Shown: positions 1-11,751, numbered from the stretch's first letter. The stretch: DNA of 64,000 nucleotides from Alphaproteobacteria bacterium (GCA_965202835.1 CBDBCA010000002.1:1671200-1735199); one strand, 5' to 3'. Notes: generated from the letters alone by a model not told the origin. Numbers and translations: made by a program.

Positions 1-120
1 CCGCGCGCGACGGCAATTGCCTTGGCCCGTCGAAACAAGGAGTGGGAGAACTCGATTGCGGTCTTCACTCGCCAATATGACCGCAAGTCCGAACGATTGA
101 CAATCCTGGGTTGTTTCGCC

Positions 121-1263
121 TCACAACCGCGCCTCCAGCCAGTCGAGCATCATCGGGATGTTGTGGGCCCAGGCGTCGTGGGCGCAGTGGGCGATGCCGC
201 CGATCTTTGGGTCGTCGTAGATCTTGAGCGTCTTGTCGGCCGCGCCGATCTCGGCGAACAGGCGTTCCGCGCCCCGCACGTCCATCAGCCGGTCCGGGCG
301 CGGGTGGCTGATCAGGGTCGGGCAAGCGATCTTTCCGGCGATCCCTTCCATCGTGTAGGCCTTGAGCCGTTCCAGCGCCTCTTCGTGGCTGACCCCGCCC
401 AAGAGACGCCGGAGCGTCGGCTTGAGCCCGTCATAGAAGAGATAGATGTCGTCGAGCAGCGAGTAGGACCCGCACCAGGCGATCAGCGCCTTGACCCGCT
501 TGTCGAAGGCGGCGACACGGGGCGCGTAATAGCCCGCCATCGAGATTCCCATCAGGCCGATCCGGTCGGGGTCGACCTCGGGCCGCGACACCAGCCAGTC
601 GATCGCGGCCATGCCGGGGACCTCGTAATCCGGCCGCGTCGGGATGCCCTTGAGATACATCGACGAGCCGCGCCCCGGCGTGTCGACCAGCAGCATCGCG
701 ATCCCGCGCTCGCACATCTGTTTGCCGGAGAAATAGATCTCTTCGGCATAGGCGTCCGCGCCGCCGATGAAGAACACCGCCGGCCACTTCTTCCCCGGCG
801 CGGGATCGACCGGGTGGCAGAAATAGCCGTCATAGGTCTCGTCGCCGCAGGAGACCTCGATGACCTCGATCCTCGGCGAATGCAGCTTCGCCGCCTCGCG
901 GAAACAGGCCTGCGCCTTCGAGAACCGTTCCGCTCGGTCGGCCGCGCGGTCCTCGCCCAGGAAGACGTCCGCCATGCGCCAGTACTGGTTGGCCTGGAAG
1001 AAGTGCTTCATCGCAGTGACGTTCCGCCCGCCGGCCAGCGCCTCGCGCGCGAGACCCTCGATCCGCTGTGCGAGCGCCACCCACGCCCGTTCCCAGCTGT
1101 CGATATCGCCCTCCTCGATCTCACGGCAGCAGCGCGCGATGTCGAACACGTCGCCGCCGCCCTGCTGGGCTTCGGCGACCAGGCGCAGGGTCTGCGAGCC
1201 GAAGGCGTGGCTGGGGAACAGGAAATCGAACACGTCATCCTCCCTCGATTGGCGCGCCGCCAT
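121..1263 (-). CDS. Alpha/beta hydrolase (2,6-dihydropseudooxynicotine hydrolase/FrsA-like)
   Basis: GISMAG nucleophile elbow, GGADAYAEE, C-terminal AHC; start re-picked at ATG 1263 behind GGAGA. Confidence 0.8.
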   Translation of the reverse strand: MAARQSREDDVFDFLFPSHAFGSQTLRLVAEAQQGGGDVFDIARCCREIEEGDIDSWERAWVALAQRIEGLAREALAGGRNVTAMKHFFQANQYWRMADVFLGEDRAADRAERFSKAQACFREAAKLHSPRIEVIEVSCGDETYDGYFCHPVDPAPGKKWPAVFFIGGADAYAEEIYFSGKQMCERGIAMLLVDTPGRGSSMYLKGIPTRPDYEVPGMAAIDWLVSRPEVDPDRIGLMGISMAGYYAPRVAAFDKRVKALIAWCGSYSLLDDIYLFYDGLKPTLRRLLGGVSHEEALERLKAYTMEGIAGKIACPTLISHPRPDRLMDVRGAERLFAEIGAADKTLKIYDDPKIGGIAHCAHDAWAHNIPMMLDWLEARL

Positions 1264-1318
1264 ATTCTCCGTAGACTCCGGCACGCGCAAACCGGGGAGC
1301 CGAAGACGGGGAAGGGCG

Positions 1319-2359
1319 ATGTTCCTGCGGAACTGCTGGTACGTGGCCGCGTGGAGCCACGAGGTGGGGCAAAAGCCGATGGGCCGCACGCTGCTGAACG
1401 AGCCGGTGGTCCTCTACCGCACCGAAGAGGGCGTTCCGGTCGCGCTGGAGGACCGCTGCTGCCATCGCGCGCTGCCGCTCTCGCTCGGGACGGTGGAAGG
1501 CGAGGGCCTGCGCTGCGCCTATCACGGGCTCCTGTTCGACCGAAGCGGCGCCTGCGTCGAGGTGCCCGGGCAGACGCGGATGCCACCCGGCGGCGCGGTC
1601 AGGTCCTACCCGCTGGTCGAGCGAGCCGGCTGGGTCTGGATCTGGATGGGCGACGAGGCGCCGGACGAGAGCCTGCTGCCGGACTGGTGGTGGATGGACC
1701 ACCCCGACTGGAAAACCGTGCCCGGCAACAACGGAAAGCCGCTCTATTCGCGCTGCAGCCACCGGCTGATCGTCGATAATCTGCTCGACCTCTCCCACCT
1801 CACCTTCGTCCACACCGATACCATCGGCAACGACGAGATCACCCGCTTTCCCTGCCGAACCGAGCGCGAGGCGCGGCTGGTCCGGATGGAGAGGCTGATG
1901 CCCGAGGTCGAGCCGCCGCCTTTCTACAGGGCGGCCGGCGGTTTCGCGGGCAAGGTAGACCGCTGGCAGATTGTCGAGGCCATCCTGCCCTGTTACGTCG
2001 ACGTCGATGTCGGCTGCACCGAAACCGGGCGCGGCGCGCTCGACGGCGACCGCGTGCAGGGGACTGCTTTCCACGTCCCCAACTGCCCGACGCCGGAGAC
2101 CGAGCGCACGACCCACCACTTCTACGCCCATACGCGCCTGTTCCGGACCGACAGCGCGGAGATGGACGAGGTGTTCCGCACCGACTTCCTGCGCGTGTTC
2201 CACCAGGACCTGGAAATCATGGAGGCGCAGCAGCGCGTGTTCGATTCCCGGCCCGAGGCGCCGCTGGTCGACATCAACGTCGATGCGCCCGCGCTCACAT
2301 TCAAGTGCATGCACCAGGATGCGCTCGAAGCGGAGACCGGGGCGAGAACCACCGCCTGA
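1319..2359 (+). CDS. Rieske aromatic oxygenase alpha subunit (VanA-like)
   Basis: MFLRNCWYVAAW start; Rieske DRCCHR...CAYHG; mononuclear Fe site DNLLDLSHLTFVH. Confidence 0.9.
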   Translation: MFLRNCWYVAAWSHEVGQKPMGRTLLNEPVVLYRTEEGVPVALEDRCCHRALPLSLGTVEGEGLRCAYHGLLFDRSGACVEVPGQTRMPPGGAVRSYPLVERAGWVWIWMGDEAPDESLLPDWWWMDHPDWKTVPGNNGKPLYSRCSHRLIVDNLLDLSHLTFVHTDTIGNDEITRFPCRTEREARLVRMERLMPEVEPPPFYRAAGGFAGKVDRWQIVEAILPCYVDVDVGCTETGRGALDGDRVQGTAFHVPNCPTPETERTTHHFYAHTRLFRTDSAEMDEVFRTDFLRVFHQDLEIMEAQQRVFDSRPEAPLVDINVDAPALTFKCMHQDALEAETGARTTA

Positions 2360-2380
2360 GCTGACAGGGAGAATCGCCAC

Positions 2381-3730
2381 ATGCCGATGAAACCGCTCTG
2401 GGACCTCGCCGGGGATCTGGCCGAGGGTCGCACGACCTCGGCCGCGCTGACCGCCGAATGCTTCGACCGGATCGACGACCCGGACGGGGAGGGCGCGCGC
2501 GCCTTCATCCGCCTGTTCCGGGACGCCGCGATGGACGCGGCGCTCGCTTCGGACAGGGCGCGGAGCCACGGCGTCGTCCCTTCACCGCTCGCCGGGATCC
2601 CGGTCTCGATCAAGGATCTCTGCGACGTGCGCGGCTACACCACGCTCGCCGGATCGAAGGCGCTGGAAGGCCGCCCGCCGGCGACGGAGGACGCGCCGGT
2701 CGTTGCCCGGCTTCGCGCCGCCGGCTCGGTCATTCTCGGGACCACCAACATGACCGAGTTCGCCTTCGGCGCGCTCGGCCTCAACCCGCATTACGACACG
2801 CCGCGCAACCCGTGGGACCGCGCGACCGGGCGCATCCCCGGGGGATCGTCCTCGGGCGCCGCGGTATCGGTGAGCGACGGCATGGCGGCGGTCGCGCTCG
2901 GCAGCGACACCGCGGGATCGGTGCGCATGCCCGCGGGCTTCTGCGGCATCACCGGCTTCAAGCCGACCACCGGCCGCATCCCGATCGATGGCCTGGTGCC
3001 GCTCGCCGCCACCCTCGACAGCGTCGGCCCGCTCGGCAACAGCGTGCAGTGCTGCGCGCTGGTCGACGCCGTGTTCGCCGGGGAGAAGCCCGAGCCGGTC
3101 GCCGTCCATCCGGTCGGGCACGCGACGATCGCGGTTCCCAAACGCCTCGTCTGCGACGATCTCGACGAGGCGGTCGCGAGCGGCTTCGAGTCCGCACTGA
3201 ACCGCCTTTCGGACGCCGGCGCGCGCATCGTCGAGATCGAATTCGCGGAGCTCGACGAGATCGCGCCGCTCAACGCCAACGGAACCCTGCCGATCATGGA
3301 GGGCCATGCCTGGCACCGCGACTTGCTGGCCGAGAAGGGCGACCACTACGATCCGATCATCGCGCAGCGGTTGCGTAACGGCGCCGACATCCCGGCCCAT
3401 GTCTATATCGACCTGCTCGAGGCGCGCCGCGATCTCATTGGCCGCGCCGATGCCGTCACCGCGCCTTACGATGCCGTCGCGATGCCGACGCTGGCCTGGG
3501 TCGCGCCGCCGATCGCCTCGATCGGCAACAGCGCGGACGAATGGCTGGCCGCCAACGCGCGCACGCTGCGCAATACTTTCGTCGGCAATATCCTCGACCG
3601 CTGCGCGATCACCATGCCCTGCCACGAGCCCGGCTCGGGCCCGGTCGGACTGATGCTGATGGGAGCCAGAGGCGGCGACGCCGCGCTGCTGCGACTGGCG
3701 GCGGGGGCGGAGGCGGCGCTGGCGCGCTGA
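2381..3730 (+). CDS. Amidase signature family protein
   Basis: SIKDL, GGSSSG, GSDTAGSVRMPA. Confidence 0.9.
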   Translation: MPMKPLWDLAGDLAEGRTTSAALTAECFDRIDDPDGEGARAFIRLFRDAAMDAALASDRARSHGVVPSPLAGIPVSIKDLCDVRGYTTLAGSKALEGRPPATEDAPVVARLRAAGSVILGTTNMTEFAFGALGLNPHYDTPRNPWDRATGRIPGGSSSGAAVSVSDGMAAVALGSDTAGSVRMPAGFCGITGFKPTTGRIPIDGLVPLAATLDSVGPLGNSVQCCALVDAVFAGEKPEPVAVHPVGHATIAVPKRLVCDDLDEAVASGFESALNRLSDAGARIVEIEFAELDEIAPLNANGTLPIMEGHAWHRDLLAEKGDHYDPIIAQRLRNGADIPAHVYIDLLEARRDLIGRADAVTAPYDAVAMPTLAWVAPPIASIGNSADEWLAANARTLRNTFVGNILDRCAITMPCHEPGSGPVGLMLMGARGGDAALLRLAAGAEAALAR

Positions 3731-3732
3731 GC

Positions 3733-4509
3733 TTACCTGCCGGTGAAGTTCGGCTTGCGCTTCTCGACGAAGGCGGCCATGCCCTCGCTCTGGTCGGCGG
3801 TGCCGAAAGTCGCCTGGAACAGGCGGCGCTCGAAGCGGACGCCCTCGCTCAGCGATACCTCGTAGGAACGGTTGACCGCTTCCTTGACCATCAGCGTGAC
3901 GGGTGGCGACATCCCGGCGATCTTCCGCGCGGTCTCGACTGCCTCGTCGACCAGCCGATCCGCCGCGACGACGCGGCTCACCAGTCCGGAGCGCTCGGCC
4001 TCGTCGGCATCCATCATCCGTCCCGTTAGGCACATCTCCATCGCCTTCGACTTTCCGACGAAGCGGGTCAGGCGCTGGGTCCCCCCGGCGCCCGGGGTGA
4101 CGCCGAGCTGGATCTCCGGCTGGCCGAAACGTGCGGTGTCCGCAGCGATGATGAAGTCGCACATCATCGCGAGCTCGCAGCCGCCTCCCAGCGCATAACC
4201 CGCCACCGCGGCGATCACCGGCTTGCGGCAGCTGAGGATGCTTTCCCACTCGGCGGTGATGAAGTCCTCGCTGTAGGTGTCGGGCCAGTTCTTGGACTGC
4301 ATCTCCTTGATGTCGGCGCCCGCCGCGAAGGCTTTTTCCGAGCCGGTCAGCACCATCGCGCCGATCGCCGCATCGGCCTCGAACCCTGCCAGCGCGGCGC
4401 CCAGCTCGCGGACCAGCGGCGTCGACAGCGCGTTGAGGACGTTCGGGCGGTTCAGCGTGATCAGTCCGACGGATTCGCGGGTTTCGACGATGATGTTCTC
4501 GTAAGCCAT
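3733..4509 (-). CDS. Enoyl-CoA hydratase
   Basis: MAYENII start; [27 protein letters not shown]. Confidence 0.93.
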   Translation of the reverse strand: MAYENIIVETRESVGLITLNRPNVLNALSTPLVRELGAALAGFEADAAIGAMVLTGSEKAFAAGADIKEMQSKNWPDTYSEDFITAEWESILSCRKPVIAAVAGYALGGGCELAMMCDFIIAADTARFGQPEIQLGVTPGAGGTQRLTRFVGKSKAMEMCLTGRMMDADEAERSGLVSRVVAADRLVDEAVETARKIAGMSPPVTLMVKEAVNRSYEVSLSEGVRFERRLFQATFGTADQSEGMAAFVEKRKPNFTGR

Positions 4510-4535
4510 GGACCCCTCGTTGCTTCGTTGGAGTG

Positions 4536-4916
4536 TTATCGGGTGATCAGGAAACGCGCCGTGGTCTCGCCGCGATCGGGAGACAACTTCAGTTCGAGTG
4601 CCTGGCCCTCGCGACGGTACCGGTCGGGCGGCGCGCAGTCCGGCGCGGCGCATTCGGGCACCCAGCCGAGCGGCGGCAGGGTGCGGCGGTAGAACTGCCT
4701 GACGGCGGCCGGCTCGACCGGCCCCGACGCGACCGCGGTCGCGACCTGTCCGGTCGCGTGGTCGAACACCACCGCCGACTCCGGCCGTTCGGTGAGGCCG
4801 GGCATCAGGGGGAGATCGGGAAACCCGTCGAAGAAATCGCCGGCCCGGACGCTCGACACGACCAGGAGTCCGGCGAGCGCGAAGAGAGTCGCCAGCCGGG
4901 TTCGCCGCATGCCCAT
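4536..4916 (-). CDS. Hypothetical exported protein
   Basis: Signal-peptide-like N-terminus, DLPLMPGL motif, packed between mutM and the hydratase. Confidence 0.65.
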   Translation of the reverse strand: MGMRRTRLATLFALAGLLVVSSVRAGDFFDGFPDLPLMPGLTERPESAVVFDHATGQVATAVASGPVEPAAVRQFYRRTLPPLGWVPECAAPDCAPPDRYRREGQALELKLSPDRGETTARFLITR

Positions 4917-4919
4917 CCC

Positions 4920-5765
4920 TCAACGCTGCCGCGCGGCGCAGTAGAAAGTCGAGCGTCCGGACTGGACGATGCGGCGAACCGCGCCGCCGCAATCGCAGCC
5001 CGGACAGCGCTCGCCCTCGCGCCCGTAGACCTTGAACCGGTGCTGGAAATAGCCGAGCTCGCCGTCGGGAGCGACATGGTCGCGCAGCGAGGAGCCGCCG
5101 GCATCGATCGCCGAGGCGAGGGTCTCCTGGATCGCGCGGGCGAGCCGCCCGGCGCGCGCGGGACCCACATTGGCGGCGAGGCGCCGAGGCGAGATGCCCG
5201 ACTCGAACAGGCTCTCGCAGACATAGATATTGCCCAGCCCGGCGACCACCCGCTGGTCGAGCAGGGCCGCCTTGATCGGCGTGCGCTTTCCCTCGATCAG
5301 CCTCCACAGCCGGGCCCCGTCGAATTCCACTCCGGTGGGCTCGGGGCCGAGATGCGCGATCAGCGGGTGCTCCGCCAGCCCGCCCTTCGCGACCCAGTCC
5401 ATCATCCCGAAGCGCCGGGGATCGGCGAAGCGCACGAAGGTCCGGTTGCCGAGCACGAAGGTGACATGCTCGTGATCCGCGAGAGGGTGGGAGGACCGCG
5501 CGTCCGGCCCGCTCTCGTCGACGATCATCCGTCCCGACATGCCGAGATGGGCGAGCAGCACGCCGCCGTCGTCGAGGTCGATGGTGAGATACTTCGCCCG
5601 CCGCCCCACCGCCGTCACCGTCCGTCCGGTCAGCCGCTCCTCGAAATCTGGGGGCAGCGGGCGCCTCAGATCGCGGCGCGCAACGCGCACGCCGTCGATG
5701 CGCCGGCCTTCCATCGCGCGCGCGAGGCCGCGGCGGACGGTTTCGACCTCGGGAAGTTCGGGCAT
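4920..5765 (-). CDS. mutM: Formamidopyrimidine-DNA glycosylase
   Basis: [21 protein letters not shown]-terminal zinc finger. Confidence 0.97.
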   Translation of the reverse strand: MPELPEVETVRRGLARAMEGRRIDGVRVARRDLRRPLPPDFEERLTGRTVTAVGRRAKYLTIDLDDGGVLLAHLGMSGRMIVDESGPDARSSHPLADHEHVTFVLGNRTFVRFADPRRFGMMDWVAKGGLAEHPLIAHLGPEPTGVEFDGARLWRLIEGKRTPIKAALLDQRVVAGLGNIYVCESLFESGISPRRLAANVGPARAGRLARAIQETLASAIDAGGSSLRDHVAPDGELGYFQHRFKVYGREGERCPGCDCGGAVRRIVQSGRSTFYCAARQR

Positions 5766-5860
5766 GCCGCAAACTAGCGCATTTTCGAGCGAAGTCGAGT
5801 GGCCCCGCCGGGCCGGAACCGCGTTGTCGGCCGGGCGGACATGGGATTATGGTCGCCGCC

Positions 5861-6622
5861 ATGACGGAGGAACCCGGCACTTCCGAGACGGGCGAGGCGC
5901 TCTTCGGACACCGCAGGATCGGCGCGCGGGAACACGCCGAGCGCGTGCGCGGCGTCTTCGCGGCGGTTGCCCCGCGCTACGACCTGATGAACGACCTGAT
6001 GAGCGGCGGCCTCCACCGGGTGTGGAAGGCGTTGATGATCGACTGGCTCGAGCCGCGGCCGGGCTGGACGGTGATCGACATCGCGGGCGGCACGGGAGAC
6101 ATCGCGCGCGGCGTGCTTCGCCGTGTCGAGGCGGAGGTCGTCGTCTGCGATCCCAGCCTCGAAATGCTCAACGTCGGGATCGACCGCGCGGTCGACGGCG
6201 GGCGGCTCTCCGGCATCCGCTTCGTCGCCGGTCGCGCCGAGGCGCTGCCCTTCCCGCCCGCGACGGCGGATGCCTGCACTGTCGCCTTCGGCCTCAGGAA
6301 CGTCACCGACCGGGTCGCCGCGCTCGCCGAGGCGAGGCGGGTTCTCAAGCCGGGCGGAAGGTTGCTCTGCCTCGAATTCAGCCGGCCCGCCGCAGCGGCG
6401 CTGCGGCCGCTCTACGACGCCTATTCCTACCGGGTCCTGCCCCGTCTCGGCGCCGCGGTCGCGGGCAACGCCGACGCCTATCGCTATCTCGCCGACAGCA
6501 TTCGAACCTTCCCCGATCAGGAAACGCTGGCGGACGAAATCCGCGCCGCAGGATTCGGGGCGGTGCGTTACCGCAATCTGAGCGCCGGCATCGCCGCCAT
6601 GCACTCCGCCTGGCGGACCTGA
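5861..6622 (+). CDS. ubiE: Ubiquinone/menaquinone C-methyltransferase
   Basis: [28 protein letters not shown]; start could also be 5849. Confidence 0.95.
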   Translation: MTEEPGTSETGEALFGHRRIGAREHAERVRGVFAAVAPRYDLMNDLMSGGLHRVWKALMIDWLEPRPGWTVIDIAGGTGDIARGVLRRVEAEVVVCDPSLEMLNVGIDRAVDGGRLSGIRFVAGRAEALPFPPATADACTVAFGLRNVTDRVAALAEARRVLKPGGRLLCLEFSRPAAAALRPLYDAYSYRVLPRLGAAVAGNADAYRYLADSIRTFPDQETLADEIRAAGFGAVRYRNLSAGIAAMHSAWRT

Positions 6623-6625
6623 GCG

Positions 6626-8191
6626 ATGTTTCACGGGCTCCGGAACCTCCGGCGCATCTGGCGCATCGTTCGAACGCTCGCCCGCCACGACGTGCTGTCC
6701 GCGTTCGAACCGGCCAGGGCGCATTCTGGCATCCGGATCGCCTCCTGGCTCGTCGGCAGGCCCCTCGTCCGGGCCGCGCGGACCGGGAGACCCGGCGAGA
6801 AGCTGGCCGCGGCGTTTCAGGAACTGGGGCCCGCGTTCGTGAAGCTGGGCCAGGCGCTGTCCGTCCGCTCCGACGTGATCGGCGAGGAAGTGGCCGCGGA
6901 TCTCGCCCAGCTGCAGGACCGCCTGCCGCCATTCCCCAGCGCCGAAGCGCGGAAGACCATCGAGGCCGAGCTCGGCTGCAAGCTGGAGGACGTCTTCGCC
7001 GAGTTCGACGACGAGGCCGTCGCGGCGGCTTCGATCGCCCAGGTGCACCGCGCGGTGACGGTCGAGGGCGACGAGGTCGCGGTCAAGGTGCTGAGGCCCG
7101 GCATCGAGGCGGCGTTCAACCGCGACCTCGACCTGATGCGCTGGCTGGCGAGCCTCATCGCCCGCCTTCACGGCACCTTCGACCGTCTCAAGCCGGTGGA
7201 GGTAGTCGAGACCTTCGCCGAGACGTCGCTGATCGAGATGGATCTCCGTCTCGAAGCCGCGGCGGCGCAGGAACTCCAGGCCAATTTCGAGGAGACGGAC
7301 GGGTTCGAGGTGCCGACGGTCGACTGGCGGCGGACCGCGCGCCGCGTGCTCACGTCGAGCTGGGTCGATGGCGTGCCGATCCACGATCGCGAGCGGCTGG
7401 AGGCCGACGGGCACGACCTCGCGGAGATCGTCGCCCTCATGGCCTCGGTGTTCTTCTTCCAGATCTTTCGCGACGGCTTCTTCCACGCCGACCTGCACCC
7501 GGGGAACCTGCTGGTCGACCGGGACGGCAGGGTGCACGCGGTCGATTTCGGCATCATGGGGCGGGTCGACCGTCCGACGCGGCGCTACCTCGCCGACATG
7601 CTGTATTCGTTCCTCGTGCGCGACTACGGCCGGGTCGCCGAGATCCATGTCTCTGCGGGGCTGGTCCCGGCCGACCAGTCGGTGGACGGCTTCGCCCAGG
7701 CCGCCCGCGCCATCGCCGAGCCCATCCTCGGCCTGCCGCTCAACCAGATTTCGCTCGCCCGTCTGGTGGGCCAGCTCTTCCAGGTCACCAAGCGCTTCAA
7801 GATGGAGGTGCAGCCTCAGCTCCTGCTGCTGCAGAAGACCATGCTGGTCGCCGAGGGGGTGGGGCGGCGGCTGCACCCCGAGACCAATATGTGGGAGCTC
7901 GCGCGACCGCTGATCGAGGAGTGGATGGCCGAGCAGATGGGGCCGCAGGCGCGCGTCCGCGAGACCGTGGAAACGCTGTCGGACGCGCTCGCCCGCCTGC
8001 CCAAGGCGCTCGGCGATCTCGAACGGACGGTCGACGTGCTCGCCCAGAACCGCATCCAGCTCGACCCCGAAACCCTCGCCGCGCTCCGCTCCGAAATGGC
8101 GGGCCGCGGCAACGCGCGGGGTCTCTGGATCGCCGTGGCCGCGCTGGCGGTTGTGGCGGCGGTGCTCGCCTGGACGCAGGCCGGGGGGTAG
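6626..8191 (+). CDS. ubiB: Ubiquinone biosynthesis kinase-like protein
   Basis: LGPAFVKLGQ, AASIAQVH, FHADLHPGN, DFGIMG. Confidence 0.96.
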   Translation: MFHGLRNLRRIWRIVRTLARHDVLSAFEPARAHSGIRIASWLVGRPLVRAARTGRPGEKLAAAFQELGPAFVKLGQALSVRSDVIGEEVAADLAQLQDRLPPFPSAEARKTIEAELGCKLEDVFAEFDDEAVAAASIAQVHRAVTVEGDEVAVKVLRPGIEAAFNRDLDLMRWLASLIARLHGTFDRLKPVEVVETFAETSLIEMDLRLEAAAAQELQANFEETDGFEVPTVDWRRTARRVLTSSWVDGVPIHDRERLEADGHDLAEIVALMASVFFFQIFRDGFFHADLHPGNLLVDRDGRVHAVDFGIMGRVDRPTRRYLADMLYSFLVRDYGRVAEIHVSAGLVPADQSVDGFAQAARAIAEPILGLPLNQISLARLVGQLFQVTKRFKMEVQPQLLLLQKTMLVAEGVGRRLHPETNMWELARPLIEEWMAEQMGPQARVRETVETLSDALARLPKALGDLERTVDVLAQNRIQLDPETLAALRSEMAGRGNARGLWIAVAALAVVAAVLAWTQAGG

Positions 8192-8362
8192 GCGGAGGAG
8201 GCCGGTTCCGCCGCTTTCCGAGGCCGCGCCCCGCTATCGCCCCGGTTCTTCCTACCGCTACCCCGGACGAGGTCGGGAGCTCCGGTCGAAAAGACGGATA
8301 GATAATGGGAGAGGCGGGGTGACTTTGGAGATCGGTCGGCGCCATGCCGGAACGGTCCGCCC

Positions 8363-8701
8363 ATGATTCCCCGTATCAAGGCGGCGATCTGGGTCGATGC
8401 GGAAATCCGGCGCTGCCGGGTGAACGGTATCGACGCCTACCTGGTGCGCCGGGGCGACGAGCATGCCGGCGCGATCCTGATCAAGCACAACCGGTTCGAG
8501 GCGGGGTGCACCGTCTATACGCCCGCCACCCCGCCCGACGGCGGCCGGGCGTGGCGCCGCGGCACCGGCGACGACCCGGTTCCCGAGACTGACGCCGACG
8601 CCTATATCGCCCGCCAGCGCGGCTACGATCCCGACCTCTGGGTGGTCGAGATCGAGGACCCGCGCGGCATCTGGACGCTCGCCGAGCCGGTTCTGTCGTA
8701 A
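8363..8701 (+). CDS. DUF1491 family protein
   Basis: RRGDEHAGAILIK and DPDLWVVEIED motifs. Confidence 0.85.
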   Translation: MIPRIKAAIWVDAEIRRCRVNGIDAYLVRRGDEHAGAILIKHNRFEAGCTVYTPATPPDGGRAWRRGTGDDPVPETDADAYIARQRGYDPDLWVVEIEDPRGIWTLAEPVLS

Positions 8702-8799
8702 TGCACTGGCGTTCCCAGCGCTCCCCAACCGATTTCTTCCGATTGCGCCCCCGGGGCGGGTATCATGGCAGGGTCGCTCGAACCATGCGGAGCGGGGCC

Positions 8800-10017
8800 G
8801 TGCTGGACGGCAAGCGCATACTGCTGATCGTCGCGGGCGGGATCGCCGCCTACAAGACGCTCGAACTGACCCGCCGCCTCGTCGAGCGCGGCGCTCTTGT
8901 GCGCTGCGTGCTGACGGATGCCGGAGCCGAGTTTGTCACCCCGCTGTCGCTGTCGGCGTTGAGCGGCGACAGGGTCTACCGGGACCTGTTCTCGCTCACC
9001 GACGAGCACGAAATGGGACATATCCGGCTCTCGCGAGAAGCCGATCTCGTCGTGGTCGCGCCGGCGACGGCGGACATTCTCGCCAAAATGGCCGGCGGGC
9101 TGGCGAACGATCTCGCGACGACGCTGCTGCTCGCGACCGACAAGGACGTGCTCGCCGCGCCCGCGATGAACGTCCGGATGTGGGAGCACGCCGCGACCCG
9201 GGCCAACCTCTGCACGCTCCGCGAACGCGGCATCCGCTTCGTCGGTCCGGACGAGGGGGACATGGCCTGCGGCGAGTACGGTCCGGGCCGGATGGCCGAG
9301 CCCGCCGCGATCCTCGAAGCCATCGAAGGCTATTTTGCGGCGCGCGGACGGCTCGGCGGGCGCGCCGCGCTGGTGACCAGCGGGCCGACCTACGAGGCGT
9401 TGGACCCAGTCCGTTTCATCGGCAACCGCTCGTCCGGCAAGCAGGGCCACGCGATCGCGGCGGCGCTGGCGCGCGCCGGCGCGCGGACCCGGCTGGTGAC
9501 CGGGCCGACTCACCAGGCCGACCCGGCCGGCGTCGAGGTCGTGCGCGTCGAAACCGCGCGCGAGATGCTGGAGGCCTGCAGCGCCGCGCTGCCGTCCGAC
9601 GTCGCGGTGTTCGCCGCCGCGGTGTCCGACTGGCGCCCGACCCGCGAGTCCGGTCGCAAGATGAAGAAGTCCGACGGCACGCCGCAGGCGATCGAGCTGG
9701 TCGAGAACCCCGACGTGCTTGCCTCGGTCGCATCCGCCGGCAACGCGCGGCCCGCGCTGGTCGTCGGATTCGCCGCCGAGACCGACGACATCCTCGCCAA
9801 CGCTCGCCGGAAGCTTGAGACCAAGGGCTGCGACTGGATCCTCGCCAACGACGTCACGCCGGGATCGGGGACGTTCGGCGGCGCCGACAACACGATCCGC
9901 CTGGTGAGCGCCGACGGGGTCGAGGACTGGCCCCGGCTCGGCAAGGACGCGGTCGCCGAGAGGCTGGCGGCCAGGATCGCCGACTGGTTCGACGCCCGGG
10001 CCGAGGCCGCCGAATGA
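8800..10017 (+). CDS. coaBC: Phosphopantothenoylcysteine decarboxylase/ligase
   Basis: [37 protein letters not shown]; start GTG 8800 or ATG 8785. Confidence 0.96.
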   Translation: MLDGKRILLIVAGGIAAYKTLELTRRLVERGALVRCVLTDAGAEFVTPLSLSALSGDRVYRDLFSLTDEHEMGHIRLSREADLVVVAPATADILAKMAGGLANDLATTLLLATDKDVLAAPAMNVRMWEHAATRANLCTLRERGIRFVGPDEGDMACGEYGPGRMAEPAAILEAIEGYFAARGRLGGRAALVTSGPTYEALDPVRFIGNRSSGKQGHAIAAALARAGARTRLVTGPTHQADPAGVEVVRVETAREMLEACSAALPSDVAVFAAAVSDWRPTRESGRKMKKSDGTPQAIELVENPDVLASVASAGNARPALVVGFAAETDDILANARRKLETKGCDWILANDVTPGSGTFGGADNTIRLVSADGVEDWPRLGKDAVAERLAARIADWFDARAEAAE

Positions 10018-10475
10018 GCGAAGTCGCGGTCGCGGTGACCCGTCTGCCGGGAAACGACGACATCCAGCTGCCGCGCTACGCGACCGCGCAATCCGCCGGA
10101 CTCGATCTCGCCGCGGCGGTGGCGACGACGGTGACGCTGGCGCCCGGCGGTCGGGCGACGATCCCGACCGGGCTCGCGATCGCGCTCCCGCCGGGCTACG
10201 AGGCGCAGATCCGCCCGCGCTCCGGGCTGGCGGCAAGAAGCGGCGTCACGGTTCTGAACGCGCCCGGCACGGTCGATGCGGATTACCGAGGCGAGGTGAA
10301 GGTGGTGCTCGCCAATCTGGGCGCCGAGCCCTTCGCTGTCGAGCGCGGCATGCGGATCGCCCAGATGATCGTGGCTCCGGTGACGCGGATCGCCTGGAAT
10401 GATGTCGAGGCGCTGCCGGACAGCGCCCGCGGCGCCGGCGGGTTCGGCTCGACCGGCTCCGGTCCGGCCGGCTGA
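10014..10475 (+). CDS. dut: dUTPase
   Basis: [30 protein letters not shown]. Confidence 0.97.
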   Translation: MSEVAVAVTRLPGNDDIQLPRYATAQSAGLDLAAAVATTVTLAPGGRATIPTGLAIALPPGYEAQIRPRSGLAARSGVTVLNAPGTVDADYRGEVKVVLANLGAEPFAVERGMRIAQMIVAPVTRIAWNDVEALPDSARGAGGFGSTGSGPAG

Positions 10476-10489
10476 CGACCGGCGCCCCG

Positions 10490-11251
10490 ATGACGCTGAC
10501 CGAAGCCCAGCTTCAGCGCTACGCGAGGCACATCGTCCTGCCCGAGGTCGGCGGCATCGGCCAGGAAAAGCTGCTCGGCGCCCGCGTGCTGGTGGTGGGC
10601 GCGGGCGGGCTGGGCGCGCCGCTGCTCCTTTATCTCGCCGCCGCCGGCATCGGCACCGTGGGCGTGGTCGACGACGACGCGGTCGACCTCTCCAACCTGC
10701 AGCGCCAGGTGATCCACGCGACCGAGCGGATCGGCATGCCCAAGGTCGAGAGCGCGGCCGAGGCGGTCGCGGCCGTCAACCCCGAGATCCGGCTGGTCGC
10801 GCACCCGGCGCGGCTCGACGCCGACAACGTCGCCGGGCTCATCGCGGGCTATGACGTGATCGCCGACGGCAGCGACAATTTCGCGACCCGGTTCACCCTC
10901 AACGACGCCTGCCACGCCGCCGGCAAGACCCTCGTGGCCGCCGCCCTGCTGCGCTTCGAGGGGCAGCTCGCGACCTTCAAGTCGGGCCTCGACCCGACGC
11001 TCCCCTGCTATCGCTGCCTCTACGCGGCGCCGCCGCCGTCCGGGACGGTGCCCACCTGCGCCGAGGGCGGCGTGCTCGGCGCGCTCGCCGGCACGATGGG
11101 ATCGCTCCAGGCGACCGAGATCCTGAAGGAGGTGATGGGCATCGGCGAGAGCCTGGCAGGCCACCTCCTGATCTACGACGCGCTGACCACGACGGTCCGG
11201 AAGATGGCGCTCAAGCGTAACCCGCGCTGCGCCACCTGCGGCGATGGGTAG
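10490..11251 (+). CDS. moeB: Molybdopterin-synthase adenylyltransferase (MoeB/ThiF)
   Basis: RYARHIVL, GAGGLG, SNLQRQ, two CxxC motifs. Confidence 0.9.
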   Translation: MTLTEAQLQRYARHIVLPEVGGIGQEKLLGARVLVVGAGGLGAPLLLYLAAAGIGTVGVVDDDAVDLSNLQRQVIHATERIGMPKVESAAEAVAAVNPEIRLVAHPARLDADNVAGLIAGYDVIADGSDNFATRFTLNDACHAAGKTLVAAALLRFEGQLATFKSGLDPTLPCYRCLYAAPPPSGTVPTCAEGGVLGALAGTMGSLQATEILKEVMGIGESLAGHLLIYDALTTTVRKMALKRNPRCATCGDG

Positions 11252-11627
11252 GCTTTCCATAATCGTTCATTCCGGCGCGTTCGACCGGGTGCATTACGCG
11301 ATGGTGCTGGCGAGCGCGGCGGCGGCGATCGACCGCGAGGTCACGCTGTTCTTCACCATGGAGGGCTGCCGCGCGCTGCGCCCGGCCGACGCGCTGGGCG
11401 ACTGGGCGGCCGGCGAGGGGACCTTGCGCGGCAAGGGCCTCGCGACGCTCGAGGAGCTGCTCGCGGCCGCCGCCGAGCTCAACGTCCGCTTCCTGGTCTG
11501 CGAGCTCGGACTACGGGCCGTCGGCCTCTCGCTCGACGAGTTGCGCGACGATCTCGGCATCCGCGAGGCCGGCGCGGTGACCTTCCTCAACAACGCCGGG
11601 CCGGACGCGCAGATGGTGTTTGTGTAG
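11244..11627 (+). CDS. DsrE/DsrF-like protein
   Basis: LFFTMEG, FLVCELGL, AGAVTFL; overlaps moeB stop. Confidence 0.8.
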   Translation: MGRLSIIVHSGAFDRVHYAMVLASAAAAIDREVTLFFTMEGCRALRPADALGDWAAGEGTLRGKGLATLEELLAAAAELNVRFLVCELGLRAVGLSLDELRDDLGIREAGAVTFLNNAGPDAQMVFV

Positions 11628-11644
11628 CGGAGGCCGCTCCGGCC

Positions 11645-11661
11645 TGTAACGGGCTGTTACA
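11645..11661. promoter_or_regulatory. Palindrome TGTAAC-N5-GTTACA, possible operator
   Basis: Perfect 6-bp dyad about 90 bp upstream of the cytochrome b gene. Confidence 0.3.
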
Positions 11662-11751
11662 AAATTGCTCCGGTCCTGAAACACGCGGGCAAAGAAGCGC
11701 CTGTAAGACAGCCGTGTCCCGAGCGGAAATTCGATAGCGAGAGGTTCCCCC

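Noticed and set aside
22-1779. Long overlapping or antisense ORFs (22-1779, 5539-8301, 31677-34151, 53967-57716 and many others)
   Set aside because: R/G/P/A-rich shadow frames typical of very high GC DNA; a motif-bearing gene explains each region.
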